Shown here: positions 30,505 to 43,629 of the stretch, in pieces
Layout: each line of letters begins with the position of its first letter
How positions within the stretch are numbered: position 1 is the stretch's first letter
Origin: Eledone cirrhosa
Lineage: Eukaryota
DNA length: 64,000 bases
Assembly (NCBI GenBank): GCA_964016885.1
Contig: OZ024744.1
Span: 86,490,001-86,554,000 of the forward strand
Direction: 5' to 3'
Notes under the pieces: generated by a model
The model's database searches: none
What the model saw: the letters and a program-made list of their open reading frames with translations, nothing else
Told to the model about the DNA's origin: nothing
Position numbers and translations under genes: made by a program

Positions 30505-31469
30505 TATGTATTCTTTTTTCCAGAAGACGTAAGTGTTCGTGACTTGAAGAAAATAATATGAAATACCCCCACCCCTGACTTGAAAGCAGGTCCTCATATT
30601 TTCAGGTAAGAGTAGTCTGTTTGTGATATATCTGGTCGCTTTGGGGAGAATCAGTAGCTGTTCAGAGCTGATCTATTTCCAGGACCTGAAATACGAGAAG
30701 GGTATTTGGGATTCAATTCCTGCTGTTATGACTGTGGGTTGCCCTGTATAATTAACTGTGAAGGTCAAGCATGGTAGCGGTTTTGAGGATCTTAAATGCG
30801 GTTTTTCCAAGTGGGTTAGGAATACGTTTGGTTGATGTTTATTTGCAAGATTTGTGACTTAAAGCTGTTGAAATAGCTATGATAACATTTTCAAATATTT
30901 TCAATATCTTTGGTTATGGAGATAGAATTTTTGGCAATAGATTCTACATTGCTTATAGACGAAGCCTGTGTTGTGTGCTATGTCATGAGAAAAAAGTGAC
31001 ATAGCACATGTATACGATGTGGCAGTAATGATGTTGTTAATATGAAGTGGGTAGAGTGTTTATGAGGAGCATAACAGACCCATGTGTTTCAATATGGTTG
31101 GTAGTAAGGGAGTGCGGGAAAGCCCCGTTAGGACATGTTACCTTTGACAGCCTAGAAGGAAAGGTCACACCCAAACGATGAGACACGAATAAATCCTAAA
31201 AATCAATCAGCTAATTTATTTGGAGAAATGTACAGACGGCTGATAAGTTTAGAGGAACGAGGAAAGACATTGTTGACACATCGCTCCTGAATGTCTTTCT
31301 TGTTCATGTCTTAGTGGAAGACAGCTTGTTTATAAACACAAACAACAGCCTCCATTGCAAAGATTAAATATGAAGAGTAGCTTAGACAATGAGGTCATTA
31401 ATATGAAGTGGGTAGAGTGCATGAGGCGCATAAGCGAACCATGTGATAGAACATGAGTGGTACTGGTAG

Positions 31470-31870
31470 CATGTAACCCAGTACAATTTGTTGTAAGGTC
31501 GGGTCGTCGGTGACTAAACCGGCAACACCACCAAGTTTACTTGGTGAGGTGGTTGATTTTGGACACCCTGCAGGATAAAAAACAAAACCTGACAAAGGGC
31601 GGAAGATCTCATGCGGGTCAACGGCCATCTAAAAAAAGAAGAAATCCTGCTAAATCAATGGGTGGCAGTAGTTCCAGCTGCATGCATTAACAGCCTGGTG
31701 TAGTGGTTTTAAGACCCAATGTGGCTTTGCAGATGATCAATGCAAATTGAGTTAAAAGAGAACTATTGACCTTCAGGAGAATCAGCAACCCCTGATTGTA
31801 TTCAGCAACCGAAACAAATATGAAGTACACCAAATCCAATGCTCCTAGGGGCGGTCCTGGTTCTTCTTAT
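31470..31870 (+). mobile_element. Probable RTE-type LINE 5' UTR fragment; related copy at 33530-33685
   Basis: Shared GTAACCCAGTACAA..CCGGCAAC..TTGGACACCCTGC..GTCAACGGCCATC; family assignment from recall of RTE 5' ends. Confidence 0.45.
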
Positions 31871-32619
31871 TTGTGAGTGTAAACTCGGCCAGATTAGATT
31901 AGATATTAGATTTAGACAAAAGAGATGACCAAGCGGTAGCAGAATAATGTACTTGTGTATCATACATACATGAATTATGGGATAATGCGGTTGCAGTCGT
32001 TGCTCTTTAGATTCCAGAAAATCTTGTCAGGTTTGGGATACCTACACGGACATTATCTAATGTTTCCTACCATATAGTGTCAGCAGTCACAATTGAGCTC
32101 CTTCAAATGCTTTGCTTTATGGGATATCATTCACTAACTGGAGATGCATGGACAGAGAAAAATACGGAAATATGAACTTACCTATGAGTTTTATTCCCGA
32201 GACATTATCTGAGAAGACGTACATGTATTCCATATGGTGAGCAATGGGTTTACCTGTCAAACTATGTTACGTAACGGTAAATAGTCATATCCACTGAAAC
32301 ACCATTAAAGCCTGAAGGCTGACAATAAATTAAACTCTGCATCAGTCATCTAGGCAAAGAACGTGCAATAAAGTCACGGTTAGTGTGATAATTTTTGACA
32401 CCCAGTACGAGAAAGGTATAAATGCTGGGTTCCTAAATCCTCTCTTTGTATATGAAGCGAGCTACGGACTGTTGTAATTTAAGATGAGAACAAAATGTTT
32501 GATTCTTTGTTCAAAACAAGGGAAATAGATATATCAATAAATATATACATTCACATATTTTTATCCATTGAATATTTCACTGGTTCTAGTTATTGAGCTG
32601 AAGCCATGCTGGGGCACGA

Positions 32620-32895
32620 TCGTTGAGGGCGTTTAAACAACGTGCGTGATATGCAACAAATTGTGGAGAACCAATTCCGGTCTAAAAAAGAACACATGGT
32701 GGCACATAAAGATTGTGTGCCACAGGGTGGCACCACCGGCCCTGTGGAAAGCACAACTCTCTTCTGTCACTTGTGTCGTAAAGCATGCAGATCTACAGCT
32801 GGCCTATACAGTTATACACGAAGTCATGGACGTAGATGGGATGATAACGAAGAATCAATAAGAGATGGCAATCGCCTGTGAAGACGCTGCAACCC
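32620..32895 (+). mobile_element. RTE LINE 3' fragment ending in (TATG)n
   Basis: C-terminal FCHLCRKACRSTAGLYSYTRSH motif. Confidence 0.65.
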
Positions 32896-33000
32896 TTATG
32901 TATGTATGTATGTATGTATGTATGTATGTATGTATGTACGTATGTATGTATGTATGTATGTATGTATGTATGTATGTATGTACGTATGTGTGTATGTATG

Positions 33001-33452
33001 TTCTTCTGGTTTTATAATTTCACAAGTGTTTGCCAATAGAGAGAGAGTCGGTTTCTAACATAGTTACACGACTCTCTCATTGGAATTTACACAACATCAA
33101 CTAGGTAGATTATGTAAGCATGTCTGCATGCATGCATGTGTAGGTATGGATGTTATTATATGCGTGGATGTGGATGTTTTGAGTTGTATGTGTGCATGTG
33201 TTACGCTTTGATTCTGTACATGTGTATATGCAGTTATTAGATGCAGAATTTTTGGAATGTTTTACGTATTTATACTGTTCCATTAATGGATTGTACTTGT
33301 AATTTCCTAACTAGTTGTGTTCATTCTGTTCCTGTGAAGCCTAGCTTCTCAAGATTTGTATTGAGGCAGTTACTAACATACCCAGTGCCCCAATAATCAC
33401 AGGTATAAATCTGAAGGTATAGTCAGGCTGAAGTATCTGCAGATTTCTCTTT
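33001..33452 (-). mobile_element. R4-like RLE LINE 3' fragment in (TACA)n
   Basis: RNLQILQPDYTFRFIPVIIGALGYV..LEKLGF..LVRKLQVQSINGT. Confidence 0.75.
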
Positions 33453-34143
33453 AGTTCTGCATAAATATGTATGTGTGTATGTATCTAAGTATGTATGTAT
33501 GTATGAATATCACGTTGCTCTCGAGTGCTACTGGTAACCCAGTACAACTTGTCTCATGGTCGGTTCGCCGGCAACCCCCACCAATTTGCTTGGTGAGGAG
33601 GGTGATATTTGGACACCCTGCGGGATGAAATACAAGACTGAGCAAAGGATTGAGGAACTCAACAGAGTCAACGGCCATCCAAATAGTCTTTTCTTTTTTT
33701 TTCTTTTTTTACATGAGAGTGAAAGGACCCCAGTTGTTGTCACAACACCTTCCTAGGAGAGGGAAATTTTGAAAATGAAACCTGCGGCTTCGGGTAGTGT
33801 TTTCGATACTCAGATAGTGGGATTGGTCGAGTGAAAGACCTTTCTCCACATAAAAAGTCCTCAAAGAACAAGCATTGCTTGTTCAGGATAAAAACCTCAA
33901 AATACAACGTAAAATATAATTTAAAAAAAAAGAGGGTGCTTCTTGTGCAAAGGGGCGTCCAATAGAACTACAATTACCGTATATTCTTATTAATAATTTA
34001 GCATTAAATATATATATATATATTGCCACAAAAGAGCCATAAAAAATCTTTGAAGATATTTACGATTCCGCGAATATGCGGTGGTTTCCACGAACAATTA
34101 TTAGTTAGGTTCTAGGGAGAATTCATTGAATGCCGGCGGTACA

Positions 34144-34183
<40 letters not shown>

Positions 34184-34404
34184 GGGGTAACAAATAATAG
34201 TTAAATGCAGTCCACTTAGGTAAAGTCCAGTTAGGTATTCCAGGTAGTGGATGATATTAACGCTTGGCTTGGTTTGACTCAACAAGACGTTTTCATAGTA
34301 ATGCTGCGGGTATGCCGTAATTCCTATGTTGTAAACACTTGGAGTAATAATAAATCAGGAAAGAAGGTTGACATGGTTTGCTATACAAAAAAGGTTTTTA
34401 ATCT

Positions 34405-34517
34405 CATAGCTGACATTTGTTTCTCTGAACTGGTATGTCTAGAGATCGCTATTCGCTTATTTTCGCGTTACTCGATCGCCAATACAAAATTATAACCAGT
34501 CAGATCTTCGGAGCATG
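34405..34517 (-). ncRNA. Hammerhead-like motif with U4C core and long stem II
   Basis: Inverted copy of 35214-35326 within a ~190-bp inverted repeat (34350-34538/35194-35380). Confidence 0.65.
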
Positions 34518-34895
34518 CAAGAATGAAGAAAATACACAGGCAAGAAAAGAATATACAGGCTACTATATGAAGTAGTAATGGCATTCAATTAGAACAATAA
34601 CAACAATTACAACAATGCTATTAATAAATTATTTAAGGAGACCCTGACATTACTTAGGTGGGGGGTTTAATGTATCTAACGTTACGGCGTGTAAAACTAG
34701 CTGTCATGAGGCAAAAGTAAGCGTTTGGCATGTACAGAGTATCGAAGTGTATATCAATTTTAAATTATAAAGATAAGCTAGTTTTTACAGTCTTTCTCTT
34801 CATCTTCAATAGTATACATGAGTGGGACAACACTGTCAAAGCTAAATAGTTGTTGAGTTAATACAGAGGTTAACGAGGTAATATACGCATATATT

Positions 34896-34979
<84 letters not shown>

Positions 34980-35213
34980 CACATGCATGTGTACATAGAC
35001 ACATACATACACATCAATATACACTCGTACAAAAATATACATACATGCAAAGAGATAAGCGTGCTAATTGTAATTATGGCAAAAGGAAGGTAAAGTTACA
35101 TTGTAGTAGTGATATGAGAAAAACTAGGATTTAGGATCAAATGATGGCAGCAGCTGAGAAGGAATAAGTTTGTGGGTAGATGAGGTACCTACAGTGTATT
35201 TTCTTCATTCTCG

Positions 35214-35326
35214 CATGCTCCGAAGATCTGACTGGTTATAATTTTGTATTGGCGATCGAGTAACGTGAAAATAAGCGAATAGCGATCTCTAGACCTACCA
35301 GTTCAGAGAAACAAATGTCAGCTATG
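35214..35326 (+). ncRNA. Hammerhead-like motif with U4C core and long stem II
   Basis: CATGCT-CCGAAGA-TCTGACTGGT..ACCAGTTCAGA-GAAA-CAAATG-TC-AGCTATG. Confidence 0.7.
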
Positions 35327-35375
35327 AGATTAAAAACCTTTTTTGTATAGCAAACCATGTCAACCTTCTTTCCTG

Positions 35376-35466
<91 letters not shown>

Positions 35467-35667
35467 TATATACGTACATACATATATGTATACAGACGTA
35501 CAGTAGTATATATATATATACATACATGCACACATATATATATATGTACGGATGGGTTTACCGAACATTTATTATAATGCTCGGTTTGTTTGTAAACAAA
35601 CAGCCCCAATTACGCCGTACAGTGTTTAGCAACCATCGTTGCCCTTTTGTTCAACACTGTCAAAGGA

Positions 35668-35710
35668 ACGATGTACTAGTTTCAAGCTTATAAGCTATCG
35701 TCAGCATCGT
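35668..35710 (-). ncRNA. Minimal type I hammerhead ribozyme (family A)
   Basis: ACGATG-CTGACGA-TAGCT tata AGCTT-GAAA-CTAG-TA-CATCGT. Confidence 0.87.
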
Positions 35711-36205
35711 ATAACTTCCTGCCAGATGATTGAACATCTGAAAGTATATACTTTCCTTATGCATATTAACGCCTAAACAGCCTAATTTGCATATCGAGTG
35801 AGTCAGTCGGCCGGGCACACCGAAAACGATAAATGGAAAAAATGAAACGAAATTTCATTTCTCACTCTTAGTACGGCTGTTACTTAAATATAAGTATGTA
35901 CACGTACATACACATATGTATACAGAAGTACAGTAGTATATATATATATATACATACATGCACACATATATATATGTACGTATGGGTTTACCGAACATTT
36001 ATTATAATGCTCGTATACATACTTATATTTCAGTAACAGCCGTACTTAGAGTGAGAAATGAAATTTCGTTTCATTTTTTCCATTTATCGTTTTCGGTGCG
36101 CCCGGCCGACTAACTCACTCGATATGCAAATTAAGCTGCTCAGCCGTTAATATGCATAAGGAAAGTATATACTTTCAGACGTTCAATCCTCTGGCAGGAA
36201 GGTAT

Positions 36206-36248
36206 ACGATGCTGACGATAGCTAATAAGCTTGAAACTAGTACATCGT
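36206..36248 (+). ncRNA. Minimal type I hammerhead ribozyme (family A)
   Basis: ACGATG-CTGACGA-TAGCT aata AGCTT-GAAA-CTAG-TA-CATCGT. Confidence 0.87.
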
Positions 36249-36271
36249 TCCTTTGTTAGTGTTGACAAGGG

Positions 36272-36440
36272 GGTGAGGGCCGGACGTCATGCTTTAACGC
36301 ATAGAGGTACGGCCCTTGCCATTCTGAGTTCAAATCCCGCCGAGGGTGACTTTGCCTTTCATCCTTACGGGGTCGATAAAATAAAGTACCAGTAATGTAC
36401 TGGGTTATTGCTGGTCTTGTGACAATAGTAGAAACAATTA
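36272..36440 (+). mobile_element. tRNA-derived SINE
   Basis: Family match. Confidence 0.8.
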
Positions 36441-36451
36441 TATTATATTAT

Positions 36452-37405
36452 ATATTGTTATATTTGGGGAGGGTCATATTTGCGTAATATTGCCAGAATT
36501 AATAACAGAACACACTCACTGTTTGGTTGGTTTTCGCTTCTCGCTGTCTTTTATATCTGCGATCTAACTTACTCGGTCCTCAATGTTGCCATTGACTGAC
36601 CGGCGGTCAAAAATAATACAGATACAATATAGACACAAACACATATATATAGTTTACATAAATCTTTCGTTGCACATCTGCAACATCATCAGTGGTGTTA
36701 TATTCATTGTTCCTCCTGTTGTGTTGTATGTCTACGCCATTTTTTATTCAGTCTGTCTATATATTTATTTATTTATTTGCTTGTTTGTTTATCTTATTTT
36801 ATTTTGTATTCTTTGCGCATGCGTTTGCGTGTGTGTATAGTGTTATGTGTGATGTGTGACTAGTGTGCATAGTGTTGTGTCTGCTGGGTGACTAGTGTGT
36901 GTTTATGTGCTTGTTGTTATTTTGCTTGTGTATGTATTTATTTATCTTATTTTATTTTATTTTATTTACTTATTTATACTTCTCTTAGGTCAGTGTTGTT
37001 TGTTTGGGTGTTGTTGTTGTTCCACTCATTCTTTCTGTTTAGCTTTGGTCTTCTAATTTCTATTTCACTGGCCTCTCTGATTTGCCTATCTGCTGGGTCA
37101 TTCCTATGTTTAGATATTATTCTAATTTCTATGTTGTCTATGTTACCGTCATGTTGTTGTCTAGCATGTTCGTATAGTACTGACCCGTTTTTTCGTCCTT
37201 TTAGTTCCCCCCAGTGTTGGTCTATCCTTTCACCTATGCTACGAGTAAGTTAGATCGCAGATATAAAAGACAGCGAGAAGCGAAAACCAACCAAACAGTG
37301 AGTGTGTTCTGTTATTAATTCTGGCAATATTACGCAATTATGACCCTCACCAAATATAACAATATCTGTTTCGACACACTATTTCATATAAAAAACCTCG
37401 CTATT
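36452..37405 (+). mobile_element. PLE-like 3' stub with inverted pLTR fragment
   Basis: Inverted repeat of about 123 bp (36452-36575/37242-37365); DRRSKIIQIQYRHK resembles the Naiad C-terminal tip. Confidence 0.6.
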
Positions 37406-37419
37406 ATATTATATATATA

Positions 37420-37563
37420 AGTTTATCCCGGGTTCAATCGGTAGTAGCCAAAGTAAGTTCTATAGTATTAGAACTGTTTCATTCGGGAGAAATCATCAGG
37501 AATCCGGGTTCCTGGTGATTTCTCCCGAAACAGTTCTAGTCCAGTAGAAGCCTTTCTATATTA
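37420..37563. repeat. Degenerate family C head-to-head HHR fold-back
   Basis: Matches 29496-29690 and 57145-57325; cores and stems mutated. Confidence 0.65.
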
Positions 37564-37644
37564 AATGTATATATATATATATACACATATACATATATAC
37601 ACACAAACACACACACACACACACACACATACACACACACACAC

Positions 37645-37762
<118 letters not shown>

Positions 37763-37947
37763 TAGAAACTGAGGTTGTTTTTACAAAATGAAAAACAACG
37801 AATTGTCCTACACAAGTATAAGGGAAAAGGGTGAAATCGAAAATGCAACTGGAGTCTTTTTTTTTTAAATATATATTTATTTTGTCCCTTGACCGGTATT
37901 GCAGTTCTCGTGTTTTTCAAAAGTAGAATTGAGATGGAGGATTTTTG

Positions 37948-38097
<150 letters not shown>

Positions 38098-38201
38098 TAT
38101 TGAAGTTTCCGTTGAAAATTGAAAAAGTCATAGGAGTAAGGAGTGCTCTATGTAGGTTACAGAGCTAAATATAATGTATAATAAACAATACAATATAATT
38201 A

Positions 38202-38270
38202 CCTCATTACCAGAGGTTTCCCGAATAAGAAAAAATACAAGAAAGGTCCGCATTCGTTCGTCAGACAAGG
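38202..38270 (-). ncRNA. Type I hammerhead ribozyme; inverted copy at 38291-38358 (+, G8A)
   Basis: CCTTGT-CTGACGA-ACGAAT..ATTCGG-GAAA-CC tct GG-TA-ATGAGG in palindrome 38189-38371. Confidence 0.75.
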
Positions 38271-38469
38271 CAATTTTTAGGAAAACATTGCCTTGTCTGA
38301 CAAACGAATGCGGAAGTTTCTTGTATTCGTCTTATTCGTGAAACCTCTGGTAATGAGGTAATTATATTGTATGATTTATTATACATTATATATATATATA
38401 TATAGATATGAATATAAATATGAGTATATATATGAGTATACATGTGAGTATATATATGTATATATGTAT

Positions 38470-38598
<129 letters not shown>

Positions 38599-38793
38599 AT
38601 AATAATAATTGTTTCTACTCTAGGCCAGCAATTACCCAGTGCATTACTGGTACTTTATTTGATCGACCCCGTAAGGATGAAAGGCAAAGTCAGCCTCGGC
38701 GGGATTTTATATATATAATAATAATAATAATAAAAACAAGATGGCGTAGGACAGAACAAAGGAGAGGCACAAAAACAAAGAAAAGAATCCCCA

Positions 38794-38836
38794 GTCACTG
38801 AAGAGGTCACAGAATGTGTGACGAAAGAACTTTGAC
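38794..38836 (+). ncRNA. Minimal hammerhead-like motif
   Basis: GTCA-CTGAAGA-G-GTCAC agaatgt GTGAC-GAAA-GAAC-TT-TGAC. Confidence 0.6.
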
Positions 38837-39196
38837 ACTATATGAACAATCGTATGGTTGTGGAACCAACGACCAACCGGAAATTTATAAATTCCTAAAT
38901 TTATAAATTTAATTTATAATAAATTGAAGTGAAAGCAACTGGTGCGTGTTTTTCTTATTGGCAACATGACCCTCCCAAAATATAACAATATCGGTTTCAA
39001 CACACGTTTTCAGATAAAGAATCTTGCTAAACAAATTCAGAAACGAAATATATATATATATTAAAATAACAGATTAAAGTTTATTTAAATTTGATTTAAT
39101 ATTTAATAAATATTTGCTCTTCGGTTCTTATATATTTGATATATATTTATCCTTATCGAGCCCGCTTTGGATTTTAGTCTTCAAATTTATTATTAT

Positions 39197-39241
<45 letters not shown>

Positions 39242-39495
39242 ATACATATAATCATATATATACTCATATGTATACTCATATGTAAATTCATGCTTATATT
39301 CATATCTATATATATATATGTGTGTGTGTTTGTGTCCGTGCGTCTATGTATATATTTGTCATAGGTTGTGAGAAAATCACTGAAGCAGAGATGTTGATAT
39401 TCAATACACACACACACACACACACACAACCGCACGCGCACATACACATACACACATATAAATATATATATATAAATATATAAATATATATATAA

Positions 39496-39530
<35 letters not shown>

Positions 39531-39929
39531 GTGTAGGCGTGTGTGTGTATATACCCGTGAATGGTTAATGTATAGGATATGAATTTAATATTTTACAGTT
39601 AATGCGGGAGAACAATAAATCGCAGCAGATGGGAGTGACTGCTTAAACACAACGGTATCAGAGAGCTAACACAGAGAGTTGTACTGAAATAAAGCAATCG
39701 GGGGCGTGTCGGCTGTTGCCTGCTAAATTTGTAACAGAAGAAAAGAAAAAAAAACGAACAAAAAGATAAAAATACAAAACAGAAGAAAAAAAAGAAGACA
39801 TGCGTTGTAAAATAACGACGAAATAATTCAAATGTAAAGAGAATTTAAAACATATAATAAAAAACAACAATAATTTTAAAAGTAACACCATGTCTATAAT
39901 AATAATGATAATAATATTAATAAAAATAA

Positions 39930-40119
39930 TAATTGTTTCTACTTTTGGCACAAGGCCAGCAAATACCCAGTGTATTACTGGTACTTTATATTAACGACCC
40001 CGTAAGGATGAAAGGCAAAGTTAACCTCGGCGGGATTTGAACTCAGAATGGAAAGGGCCGTAACTCTTTGCATCAAAGCATGGCGTCCGACTCTCTACCG
40101 ATACAGCCAATCCACGGCC
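39930..40119 (-). mobile_element. tRNA-derived SINE (partial copy also at 38607-38706)
   Basis: Family match. Confidence 0.85.
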
Positions 40120-40398
40120 TTAATTAATAATAATAATAATGGTTTCTTTATTGGCCACAAGGGTTGACATGAAGAAAAACATTAGAGACGGCACAGTACT
40201 GTACAGGACGATACAAATGGGTTTTGGTCGTGTAAACAGGTTATAACAAGATAGAAATATCAAACAAATTCAAACAACAAAAATTCCCCAAGAAGGGGGA
40301 AACCTCCGAGGGTCACTCGTGGTGAAAAGCACACAAAAGACCACGGCCACCCTGACCACCAGGGCAAGCGTCCTCTCTCACTTTTCCCACTCCTCAGT

Positions 40399-43300
40399 CT
40401 ACAGGCGTATACCCAGAGCGGGCCCGTTCATTCGGACCAGACTCAACACTTTCACCCACCTTTCAACAAACTTACTAGAAGACAGTACTTGCCCCTCCAC
40501 CTGATTTTCCTCTTCAAGTGAAACTTGAAAAAGTTAATCAGGGATTGGCCGGAGAGGAAACTCTTCAACCCTTTCAATCTTGTCCACCACACAATCTCTT
40601 TCGACATGGCCACCAGGCAGATGAAAACTGCCTGCTCTTCCTCCTCTTTAAAGGAGGATGGCGGGGCTATCTGCACAATGGACTCAGTCGATAACCGGAT
40701 CCGTCCTACACGCGACAACAGCTGTTCGAGATAGCTCCACAATTCAGCAATCCTCGGGCACTGAACGAATGCATGCAAGACGGTTTCGTAGCTCTGTGCG
40801 CATCTCGGACAGGCTCGGCTGACAGCACCTCCGTGCCTGTAGAGCTTATCCCTGTCAGGCCAGGGATTTCTGGAAGTTGTCCATAGGCCCCGGTCTGAAG
40901 TTCTCTTGAAGAGAGCGAACAGCTGATTGTCTTCGACGCCCAGGGTCTCCCCGAGAACGTTGTCGCTCTTTAACTCCAATAGCCCTATATAGAACGCCGA
41001 GGTGGATGTTCCACCGATACTAGTGCCCAGCCGGTAGAGGGCCATGAGCGCTTGGAGACATTCCAGCACCCATGCGCTATCCCTCGGTCTTTTCCTGACC
41101 CAGGACTGCAGCTCCGTCAAGGAGACGAGCTGTGGGAAAACGTACCTGGCGAACGGCGACCACACCTGTTCACCGTCAAGGAAGCACCAGAGATAACGCA
41201 GCCTCAGCGCATGTTTGCGCATCATCAGCCATGGCATGCCCAGTCCTCCACGCAACGGTTCTTGACAGCAAATGGATCGTCTGACCATGGGAGCACGTCC
41301 CTTCCACAAAATGCGGAAGAGAAGGCGCTCCATTTTGGTGAGAGTTGGGCAGGGGCAAGGTGCAATTGTCAGGCGGTAACAGATGACGGACGTTATGTAC
41401 TCATTCGCTACCTCCGCCCGACCTTTCAGAGACAACCTCCTCTCGGCCCATTTCTGGGTGAAGGAGGCCACCCTGCTCGTCACCTCGCTCCAGTTTTTCG
41501 CCATCTGGAGGTCCGGACCGAACCAGACCCCAAGCAATTTAACCGGTCCTTCCGTCCAGCGCCCCACGACGTTGTCGGACGGCATGGACTTGCCTCTCCA
41601 GGTGCTGAGTTGCAAGCCCACCGACTATTACTGGTTTATCTTTGCTCATGTCACCGCTTCGTATTCCTTGAGAGCGGGCTTCGTATTCCTTGAGAGCGGT
41701 GCCGAGCATCCGGATGTGTTTGGTGCTCGTCACCACCACGGTGACGTCGTCAGCCTGAGCTGACACCGATCTCCCCGCATCGCAGTTTGCGTGGGACACA
41801 CCTCATCGTCTCCAATTTGTGGAGTAACGGCTCTAGGGCCAGTACGTACAAGAGGGACGAGAAAGGGCAACCCTGCCGGACCGAGCGCATGATTCTGAAA
41901 GGCTGCGACAGATGAACATTCACCCTCACAATCGAGCAGATGTCGCTGTGCATCGCAGCGATCCAGCCCCTAAAACCGGGCCCGAAGCCGGCCACCTCGA
42001 GGACCGCAGCCAGGTACCGATGGTCGACCCTATCAAATGATTTAGATTGATCCAAGTTGATCAGGGCTCCACCCGTGCCAGGTTCGTTAACCACCCTCTC
42101 TATGATGTATCGCATGAGATAGAGGTTGTCGTGGATGGAACTGTCCGGGCTGGCGCACGTCTGCGCCTCTCCCAACGGATCACCGACGACAAGCGCCAAC
42201 TCTTTGCTAACACCTTGGCCAAAATCTTAAACTCTGCGTTTAGCAGAGTTATGGGCCTGAAGTTGTCTATAACGTCCCCCTTGTTCGGGTCTTTTCTCAG
42301 CAGCGCCACCGCTCCCCGGCTCACAAAACTGGGAATGCTCCCGTTCTGCTGCCAGTTGCAGTAAACATCTGCCAAGTGGTCGCCGAACAAGTCTGGCATA
42401 TACGCATAAAACTCGTAGGGCAGACCACCAAACCTGGCGATTTACCCCTCGTGCAGTCAGACGTCGTGCGCCGTATTTCAGCTGCTGTTATCGGCTTTTC
42501 GCAGCAGTGCGCTGCGGTCGCGGCAGTCCGTCGAAGTATGCACCGAAGTTCATACTCCGATCCGACCCGCTGCTGCTCCCGATCAATTGAGCAAAGTGCT
42601 TTTAAAAAGCCGCACACATCTGCTCGGGTGGGAGCAGCTTGCGCCCGTTTTGATCAGACAAAGAGCGAATTGTTGATTTGTTGCCGCGTCGCGCCTTCAC
42701 AACCCGGGCCCATTGAACGGCTTTCGTCCCCTCGCATCTTAGAGCACGCGCTCTAGCTCTGATACGCAGCCTTCATGTTTTGCGTTGAAGAATTGCGCGA
42801 GTGCCAATCTCGCCGCAAGCACGTCGGTTGCGATGCCTGTCTTGAACGCCTCTTCTAGCTTTCTAACTAACTGTCCCTCTACTCTATTTTCCTCTACTTG
42901 ACAGATCACAAATTTGTGGTCCGTGTAGTCGACTAATTTAAATTGTGGACAACCTACACTAGCCTTCTCTGTTACCCTACAGAATACCCTATCTAAATAC
43001 GATCTGGATGACTCATTGTGGTTTGCCCACGTCCACATTGGCACATTCGGATAATCCAGTCTATACCTCTCAGACAGTTTAAAACGTCTGAGCAGGTTGT
43101 TGAGGCTTTTACACCCTCCTTTTCTGTCTACCAGACCCACATAATCTCAGCGTGCATCTAAGATACCGTTCCAGTCGCACACCAACACTAAAGAGCGGGA
43201 CGTTCCAAGAAAGGTCTCTAGACGTCTGAAGAAATGTGGCCGTCCTACCCCAGTTGGGGCGTAGATGGCTACTAACCTGAAAGCATTGCCTTCGCTGCCG

Positions 43301-43595
43301 GTCACGTCCAGCACCGCTGACTTACCTTCTGGGTCCAGGAAGATGGCCCGTATGGCGATATCCATGCCTCTCCGAAAAAGCACTGCCACTCCTCTCTCCG
43401 ATCTTGGACGGCTGGGAGATGCGTATACATCGTAGCCGCCGAAGATCGGTGCGAAGGCTCGTGCTTCAGAGATTCTGGTCTCGCCGATGACCACCACATC
43501 TATGTTTAGTGAACTGAAGTCGTTGTGCAAGTGACCCTACTTCCAAGATGACCCCAGGTACGTACATTTATACTGCCTATTTTAAGTACGGCCAT
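40399..43595 (-). pseudogene. Tx1-like ORF2 (APE-RT), frameshifted, with an internal deletion near 42895
   Basis: MAVLKIGSINV.., IYAP, TDHK, NFRPITLLN, RQGCPFS, ADD, CPRC. Confidence 0.92.
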
Positions 43596-43629
43596 GTTGG
43601 ATGAGAAACGGGGCAAGTGAGAAAGGGTC

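Larger units (their letters stand above)
35470..36265. mobile_element. Family A retrozyme-like element: about 1.25 monomers on minus (430-nt period) plus an inverted partial monomer on plus
   Basis: 35470-35583 is repeated at about 35900-36013; 36014-36265 is an inverted copy. Confidence 0.88.

Noticed and set aside
30540-30960. Possible further PLE endonuclease remnant on minus
   Set aside because: Too degraded to support motifs
31035-31470. Diverged direct repeat with GCGAA as an HDV-like ribozyme
   Set aside because: Could not build the P1/P3/P1.1 nested pseudoknot
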